The translations under genes and the position numbers were made by a program. Of a DNA stretch of 64,000 bases, positions 57,950 to 64,000 are shown piece by piece. Each line of letters begins with the position of its first letter. The stretch's first letter is position 1. This stretch comes from Rhodothermales bacterium (GTDB lineage: Bacteria; Bacteroidota; Rhodothermia; Rhodothermales; Bin80): NCBI GenBank assembly GCA_965207565.1, contig CBDBMQ010000033.1, positions 4,325 to 68,324 on the forward strand. Reading direction: 5' to 3'. Under the pieces are notes generated by a model. That model saw nothing but the letters and a program-made list of their open reading frames with translations, had not been told where the DNA came from and did no database searches.

Positions 57950-60900
57950 CTAATACCGGAGCGATCCCCGCACATTCACTCCGATGTCTCCCAGCACAGC
58001 TGCGCGGCCGTGCGCCAAACCAAAGACCGAGAACGTCAACCATTCCGATGGATGGAGTTCGCCACCCAACCGGTACATCACTCCCTGATGCAACTGAGTC
58101 ACCCCCATGACGGACCGGGCGGTGCCATCTTTCCACGGAACGCCGTATCCCAACTCCAACTCGGTCCGCTGCGCGTCTGCCCCGAGCGGCACCGCATCCA
58201 AGATCGTCTGCTGACCGTACATCGACATCCCCTGACCCCGTCCCCACGATGGCCGCACACGCACCATCAACCCCTCCGACCGACTGCCCACTTGCAGGGA
58301 CCCCGAGAGTCCCCACTCTGTGAATCCGTCGGCCGTATGCATCACCAGCCCCTGTGTCCGCACATCCCCCTTCAGGCGCCATGCCGGATAATCAACCCGG
58401 ATCCCCCCGCCAAACTCCAACCCCACCCCCGTCTCCGCACTTCCCCCATCGCTCCGCACATTCGCCTCCACAAATGGACGAAGCCCGTCGCTGATCTTTA
58501 CATTCGCCTCCACACCTGCCCGGACCCGGTACACCTCTGCCGTCACCTCATGATCCGTTATCTCTGCATCCGTCACCAGGACATCTCCATGGTAGTTCAG
58601 TCCGATCGTGCCCGTTGACACCAATCTCCCTCGAACCCCCATTGCTCCAAACCTGGACACCAGATCCCCTTTCAACTCCAGCACCTCTGCCTGCCCGCGA
58701 CCCGCGCCTGCGCTCAACCATACATCCCAGCCTGCACGCGCATACGACACATACGGATAGACGCCCGTCAACCCTGCGGTGATCTCTCCAGACTGCTGCA
58801 CCACCTCAAACGATCCCTCTCCCTGACTGTGGGCCAGAAGTACCCCCGCCAGCCAACCTCCCCGCCAGCGGTAGTCCGCCCCCAGCATCCCCGTGGTCAC
58901 CTCTCCACGGAGCGTCAACGCATCGTCATCCCGTCCATTGAACTGACGGAATGCTCCCCGTCCCCAGACGCTGAACGATCCACTGTACGAAGTCGCAGAC
59001 ATGCGGCAACCCGCCAATAGTTCGCCCAGGGACGGATCCCATGAGGAGGCCGAGTACCAGAGCCTGGCCATCTCTGCGCGGTCGGCCGCCCCACACGCGG
59101 CACCATCCGCCCCGGAGCGGAACCGCTCCCCCAATGCCTCCACCACCTGCACCGACGACGTCCGTACAAACCGCGCCGCATACGCCTCCAGTACCTCTTC
59201 ACTCACCGTGGTGGACTCCTGGATCGTCGCCACCCCCACCGCCTTCGCAATCTCTGCATGCTTCGACGACTCCAGATGCACCGTGAACGTCTCCTCGCGC
59301 CAATCCAATCCGTCTTTCAAGAGCGGTACCGCAATCATCGCTTCCACTGTTCCCGGTGCCATCGTGACCACCCCCGAGGAGGCTTCATAGTCTTCACCTG
59401 CCTTGGCGGTCCCATCGCGCGTCCGGTATGCTGCCGAGATCATCTGACGCTGCGGATGCGACAGCAAGACCCGGAACCGGACCATGCCCTCTTCTTCCAG
59501 CACCAGCGCATCCTCCACCCGAAGGATCGCGCTCGCACCATCATCATCCAGGATCGTCCCCGTCCCCGTTTCACGTGCAATGATGGCATTGCGAGGCTTT
59601 GACAGGGTCACCATAAACGACTCATGCTCTTCCGGGAATTCATCATTGATCACCTCAATCTCAATCACGCCCCGGGTTGCACCCGGATCAAAGATTACAA
59701 TCCCCCGCGAGGTCACATAGTCCAGGCCCGCCTCTGCCGTGCCAGCCGTGCTTGTATATTGCACCATCACCACCTGATCCACGGGACGACTGAGTTCAAT
59801 GGGCAGTTGGATCGCCTCTGCATGTTCCAATGCCTGTTCATCGTAGAGGGTGATCGTGAGCGGCCCCGGCCGCTCATCGTTGTCCATGATCGTCACCGTG
59901 ATATCTGTTGTCACCCCGTCATAGCCCCCGCCCGATGCTGTAACATTTAAGCCGACCGTTTCATCTGCATAATCCTCGTCGTCCTCGACTGCCGTTAAGG
60001 TCACGGTCTTAGGGGTATTCCAATCCGCGGCCGTAAACGTGAGCGAGGGTTTGTCTAATGTCAGATCTGTTCCCGCGTGCCCGGTGAAAGTGAGCGTCAC
60101 GGGGCCCGGTGGCGATGCGGATAGATGAACCAGGAGCGGGCGCGTACCCCCTTCTTCCATCTGCACTGTCTCCGGGGCCACGAGCGCCGCCGCATCGTTG
60201 TCCGTGATCGTCACTGTGATATCGGTCGTCACCCCGGCGTGGCCGCCTCCAGATGCTGTGAGTGTCAATGTTTCTGTATCGTCCGCAAAATCATCATCCT
60301 CTGCCGCCGTTAAGGTCACCGTCTTGGGAGTGTCCCAATCCGAGGTTGTAAACACGAGCGAAGGTTTGTCCAATGTTAGGTCCATGTGTCCGGTAAAGGT
60401 CACCGTCACCGTGCCCGATGGCTGGGCAGATAGACGAACCATCAGCGGATGTGTCCCTCCTTCTTCCATCCTCACATCCTTAGCAACCACGATCCCCGGC
60501 GTATCGTTATCCGCGATGGTTACCGATATTGTTTCTGAGATCCCGGTGTAGTCGACACTACCACTTGCTGTCAAGGTGACCTCTACCTGATCATTTACAA
60601 CATCCGCATCGTCCGCGGCGCGCAAGCTCACCTGCTGCGTCTCATTCCAGTTTTCTGGAGTAAAGACTTGAGTGATCGGAATCAGGGCCAAGTCGGTTCC
60701 TGAAGGCCAGGTCATCATCACTTTGACCTCGCCCAATGGCTCCGAGGTCAGCGAGATCCCGAACGAGGTCTCTCCCCCCTCCGTGACCGATACAGACGGG
60801 GGTGCGTTCACCCCTGCCTCATCGTCGTCGGTGATCGTTATCTCCACCGGCTCCCCCTTGGCCAGACCGGACGGCAGGACACCAAGTGCCACCGTGAAGG

Positions 60901-63900
60901 TCTCAACCTGCTCTGCAACATTATCCTGAACCGCCGAGACCACATAGGTCCCGCTCCTCTCTCCCGATTCAATCTCTATCTGGGTTGGAGGCAATGCCTC
61001 GTAATCCTGGGCATCCGCGGTGCCACCCGTCAGTGTCAATGGAATCTCCACATCGGTGTCCAGCGCCTCGGACAACGTTGCCGTCACCGTGACACCATTC
61101 CCCTCATCCACGGGATTGGGAGATGCCGACAGAACTACCGTCACCGCTGTCGGCGACGTAATATCCCGGATGGTTACGAACTGGGAAGACTCTCTGCCCG
61201 GCACCAGAAGCGCCGGGGGGAGACCTCCCAACGCGACGATAAAGGTCTCATCGTCCATGTCTGCATCCGTGAGTGTCTGGATTTGCCCGGATCCCTGCGT
61301 TTCACCACTGGAAATCGGTATACCCGGAAGCGGCCTGTAATCGCCAGACTCCGGTGGATGACCCGTCTCATCGTTATACATCAATGGAACCACGACATCG
61401 GTTTCCAACACGCCCGTCAGCCTTGCCGTGATCGTCACCGACTTGCCTTCGTCCACCGGATTTGGAGATGCGGACAGCGTCACTTCCACCGGAGGTGGCG
61501 GGTCATTGTCTACAATCGTGATCTCCACCGAGGAAGGACTGCCAAGCTCTACCCCCGAAGGCAATGCATCAATGATGGCGACCGTGAACCGCTCATCCCC
61601 CTCCGAAACATCATCATCCCGGATGTCAATCGTCCCCGACCCGGTCCAGGATCCCCCGGCGATCGTGATACTTGGAAGAGGGCCATAATCGCCCGGCTCC
61701 GTCGGCGGCTCGCCCGAAATATCCCTCAACTCAATCGTCACCGCATCCGACAATGCCTCCGACAACGTTGCCGTGATGGTGACCGACTCGCCTTCGTCCA
61801 CCGGGTTCGGAGATGCCGACAAACTCACCGTCACCGGAGTGTCCAGGGCATCATCATTATCTACAATCGTCAGCGTATGTGTACCCGGACTCCCCACTGT
61901 ATACCCTGTGCCACTTTCCAACGTCAAAATGACCGTCTCGTTGCTCTCCTTCACATCGTCATCGGTAATCCCGATCGGAATATTCACCGAAGTCCGACCA
62001 GTTGCCACGGAGATCACCCTGGAACCAGTAATGCTGTAGTCTGCGTTTTCGGTCGCCGTACCGCCCGTGCCGTACGTCAACGTGAACGGTACCGCGGGCG
62101 CAGGATTGATCCTGACGGCCACATGGTGCGTCCCCTCGTTTTCGGGGGCCTTGGACGAAGACGAAGCAAAGCTCACCTGCGGCTTCTCATCATTGTCCGT
62201 GATCGTCAGCGTATGCACGTTCGCACTTCCCACCGTGTACTCCGTGCCGTCGGTCAGCGTCAGGATAACCGTCTCGTCAGGCTCGTCCTCGGTGTCATCG
62301 GTAATCACAATCGGAATATTCACCGAGGTTGCACCAGCGGACACGGAGATCGTCCCGGAGCCAGTAATGCTGTAGTCTGCGTTTTCGATTGCCGTACCGC
62401 CCAGCGTGTAGTTCAATGTCAAAGGTGCCGTGGGCGCAGAGCTGATCACGACTGCCACATGGTACGTGCCATCATCTTCGTCCACGCTGCCTGCCGCCGA
62501 AGCAAAGTTCACCTGCGGCATATCATTGTCCGTGATCGTCAGCGTGTGCACGTTCGTGCTTCCCACTGTGTATCCCGTACCGCTGGTCAGCGTCAGTGTG
62601 ACCGTTTCGTCACCCTCGTTCTCGGTGTCCTCAATAATCCCGACCGGGATCTTCGCCGAGGACGCATTCGCGGCCACGGAGATCGTCCCAGAGCCAGTAA
62701 TGCTATAGTCTGCGTTTTCGATCGCCGTACCACCCAGCGTATAGCTCAATGTGAGGGTTGCCCCAGGTGCAGGACTGAGGCTGACTTCCACATCGCGCGT
62801 ACCACCATCTTCGCCCACACTGCCTGCCGCCGAAGCAAAGTTCACCTGCGGCATACCATCATTGTCCGTAATCGTCAGCGTGTGTTCGCTCGGATTTCCC
62901 AGGTTGTATCCCGTGCCACTTGCCAGCGTCAGGATGATGGTTTCGGCATCATCGTCTACATTGTCATCGGTAATCTTGACCGGGATATGCACCGAGGTCA
63001 AACCAGCGGTCACAGAAACCGTCCCTGAGCCAGTAATGCTGTAGTCTGCGTTTTCGGTCGCCGTACCACCCAGCGTGTAGTTCAACGTGAGGTCTGATCC
63101 AGGTGCAGGACTGAGGCTGAGGTCCACATTGTGCGTACCATCATCTTCGTCCACACTGTCCGTAGATAAATCGAAATTAACCTCCGGCGTATCATTGTCC
63201 GTGATCGTTACCTCCACCTTTTTCGGATCCCATGCGACCATTTGGAATGCCAAGCTATTCTCATCAATCGCCACGGTGAATGTCTCATGGTCCTCTTCTA
63301 TCGTATCATGATAGGTCCAAATCGTACCGGTACCCGACCTTGCATGCGCTTTGATTGTGATTGAAGTTAACGAGGCATAGTCTTTATGATTGACGGCCGT
63401 GTCAGTGAGAGGATTGGGGTAGATCAACGGCACCGTTACATCACTGTACTGCCCGTTCGTAACATTTGCCATAATCGTCACCGGCTGGCCTTCTTCCACC
63501 GGGTTCGGAGATGCCGATAGCCTGACCACGAAGGGTGCCAGGATTATCAATTTAGCACATAGACAGTGTCCATGGGAATGTACAGGTTCCCACGGTGTTG
63601 TTCCCGTCAGATGTATATGGCTATATGGCGGCTCTATGTTATCCCGCCCCCAGCTAGTTTTGAACGTAAACGGCTTGGATGCCGTCTCCCCCTTCGAGAT
63701 CGTGATGAACTTCGTTCCTTTCGTTCCTGTGACGTTATCAAATATGTCGGGAGAAATATATCCAGAAATAACATCGAACGTGACTGAAACTGTAATATCG
63801 TCATTATGCGCTTGTTCAACCGTTGCCTTCACGGTCGTCGAGGCTCCTGCCCTCACCTCCCCCGGCGAAATCTCCAAACATACCTTCGGATTAGTATTGT

Positions 63901-64000
63901 CCTTATTTATCGCCGCCAGTTCTTTCTGATCCCCCGAGACGACGACTTTTTCTTTCAATTTTCTTTCATCAATCGCCACCGTAAACCGCTTGTTGTCGGC
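57950..64000 (-). CDS. giant Calx-beta-repeat autotransporter adhesin (N-terminus beyond window)
   Basis: Over 2015 codons remain open to the window edge; the track start at 63979 is an internal GTG in ..RFTVAIDE... At least 13 modules of about 105-115 aa carry Calx-beta-like signatures (GTAxxxxDY...ITDDxxxExxETxxLTL...TITDND). The C-terminal about 300 aa are a type Va beta-barrel (FSVWGRGAFRQFNGRDD...GADYRW...) ending RGSLRY. Confidence 0.85.
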   Translation of the reverse strand, partial: ADNKRFTVAIDERKLKEKVVVSGDQKELAAINKDNTNPKVCLEISPGEVRAGASTTVKATVEQAHNDDITVSVTFDVISGYISPDIFDNVTGTKGTKFITISKGETASKPFTFKTSWGRDNIEPPYSHIHLTGTTPWEPVHSHGHCLCAKLIILAPFVVRLSASPNPVEEGQPVTIMANVTNGQYSDVTVPLIYPNPLTDTAVNHKDYASLTSITIKAHARSGTGTIWTYHDTIEEDHETFTVAIDENSLAFQMVAWDPKKVEVTITDNDTPEVNFDLSTDSVDEDDGTHNVDLSLSPAPGSDLTLNYTLGGTATENADYSITGSGTVSVTAGLTSVHIPVKITDDNVDDDAETIILTLASGTGYNLGNPSEHTLTITDNDGMPQVNFASAAGSVGEDGGTRDVEVSLSPAPGATLTLSYTLGGTAIENADYSITGSGTISVAANASSAKIPVGIIEDTENEGDETVTLTLTSGTGYTVGSTNVHTLTITDNDMPQVNFASAAGSVDEDDGTYHVAVVISSAPTAPLTLNYTLGGTAIENADYSITGSGTISVSAGATSVNIPIVITDDTEDEPDETVILTLTDGTEYTVGSANVHTLTITDNDEKPQVSFASSSSKAPENEGTHHVAVRINPAPAVPFTLTYGTGGTATENADYSITGSRVISVATGRTSVNIPIGITDDDVKESNETVILTLESGTGYTVGSPGTHTLTIVDNDDALDTPVTVSLSASPNPVDEGESVTITATLSEALSDAVTIELRDISGEPPTEPGDYGPLPSITIAGGSWTGSGTIDIRDDDVSEGDERFTVAIIDALPSGVELGSPSSVEITIVDNDPPPPVEVTLSASPNPVDEGKSVTITARLTGVLETDVVVPLMYNDETGHPPESGDYRPLPGIPISSGETQGSGQIQTLTDADMDDETFIVALGGLPPALLVPGRESSQFVTIRDITSPTAVTVVLSASPNPVDEGNGVTVTATLSEALDTDVEIPLTLTGGTADAQDYEALPPTQIEIESGERSGTYVVSAVQDNVAEQVETFTVALGVLPSGLAKGEPVEITITDDDEAGVNAPPSVSVTEGGETSFGISLTSEPLGEVKVMMTWPSGTDLALIPITQVFTPENWNETQQVSLRAADDADVVNDQVEVTLTASGSVDYTGISETISVTIADNDTPGIVVAKDVRMEEGGTHPLMVRLSAQPSGTVTVTFTGHMDLTLDKPSLVFTTSDWDTPKTVTLTAAEDDDFADDTETLTLTASGGGHAGVTTDITVTITDNDAAALVAPETVQMEEGGTRPLLVHLSASPPGPVTLTFTGHAGTDLTLDKPSLTFTAADWNTPKTVTLTAVEDDEDYADETVGLNVTASGGGYDGVTTDITVTIMDNDERPGPLTITLYDEQALEHAEAIQLPIELSRPVDQVVMVQYTSTAGTAEAGLDYVTSRGIVIFDPGATRGVIEIEVINDEFPEEHESFMVTLSKPRNAIIARETGTGTILDDDGASAILRVEDALVLEEEGMVRFRVLLSHPQRQMISAAYRTRDGTAKAGEDYEASSGVVTMAPGTVEAMIAVPLLKDGLDWREETFTVHLESSKHAEIAKAVGVATIQESTTVSEEVLEAYAARFVRTSSVQVVEALGERFRSGADGAACGAADRAEMARLWYSASSWDPSLGELLAGCRMSATSYSGSFSVWGRGAFRQFNGRDDDALTLRGEVTTGMLGADYRWRGGWLAGVLLAHSQGEGSFEVVQQSGEITAGLTGVYPYVSYARAGWDVWLSAGAGRGQAEVLELKGDLVSRFGAMGVRGRLVSTGTIGLNYHGDVLVTDAEITDHEVTAEVYRVRAGVEANVKISDGLRPFVEANVRSDGGSAETGVGLEFGGGIRVDYPAWRLKGDVRTQGLVMHTADGFTEWGLSGSLQVGSRSEGLMVRVRPSWGRGQGMSMYGQQTILDAVPLGADAQRTELELGYGVPWKDGTARSVMGVTQLHQGVMYRLGGELHPSEWLTFSVFGLAHGRAAVLGDIGVNVRGSLRY
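61845..63190. repeat. four near-identical intragenic tandem repeats, period 333-336 bp
   Basis: The marker string ccagtaatgctgtagtctgcgttttcg recurs at 62025, 62361, 62694 and 63030. Each unit encodes one Calx-beta module (..TLGGTAxENADYSITGSGT..). Confidence 0.9.

Noticed and set aside
59567-59582. parS-like sequence cGTTTCACGTGcAAtg inside the adhesin gene
   Set aside because: It matches the palindrome at only 12 of 16 positions, with one half-site degenerate, and lies far from the two perfect sites. It is most likely a chance occurrence.
61283-63028. 581-aa plus-strand ORF, the longest alternative ORF in the window
   Set aside because: It is antisense to the Calx-beta repeat region of the giant adhesin gene. 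It has an extremely R/H/C-rich, low-complexity translation that mirrors the repeat period. It is a by-product of a stop-poor, repetitive, GC-rich coding strand.

Overview
Origin-proximal chromosomal segment, roughly 50-55% GC by eye. Gene content and synteny (rpmB-rpmG-DUF4295, rpmH-rnpA-yidC-mnmE-mnmG-rsmG, yceD-rpmF-plsX-fabHDG) point to an FCB-group bacterium (Bacteroidota/Chlorobiota/Rhodothermota-like). The core backbone runs recF, murQ, mfd, rsmG, mnmG, mnmE, yidC, rnpA, rpmH on the left. It continues with a DEAD-box helicase and fabG-fabD-fabH-plsX-rpmF-yceD, all on the minus strand. From about 29.2 kb it switches to the plus strand with dnaA, dnaN, rplM, rpsI, rpsB, tsf, pyrH, frr, gmk, coaBC, udg and dnaB. 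This strand switch, together with DnaA boxes at 28.9-29.15 kb and two perfect parS palindromes at 8.8 and 12.7 kb, places oriC just upstream of dnaA. Three accessory insertions interrupt the backbone. (i) A McrBC type IV restriction operon sits directly downstream of tRNA-Gly/tRNA-Val (18.6-22.3 kb). (ii) A decayed 7.6-kb mobile/defence graveyard lies downstream of tRNA-Ser (36.1-43.7 kb). It holds a roughly 2-kb DDE insertion sequence (IS), a 701-bp truncated second copy, an orphan AAA/STAND-like ATPase, a 5'-truncated dcm, Type III res and mod stubs, and a DUF1016 pseudogene. (iii) An ISL3 element with an in-frame stop lies next to an orphan gyrA 3' fragment (56.4-57.9 kb). The most unusual item is invisible to the ORF track: the tRNA-Arg(UCU) gene in the minus-strand tRNA-Cys/Arg/Pro cluster is split by a 204-nt group I (IC3, Azoarcus-like) intron. 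The right end of the window carries the C-terminal 2000+ aa of a giant Calx-beta-repeat autotransporter with near-identical 333-336 bp internal tandem repeats. No CRISPR array or rRNA was seen.
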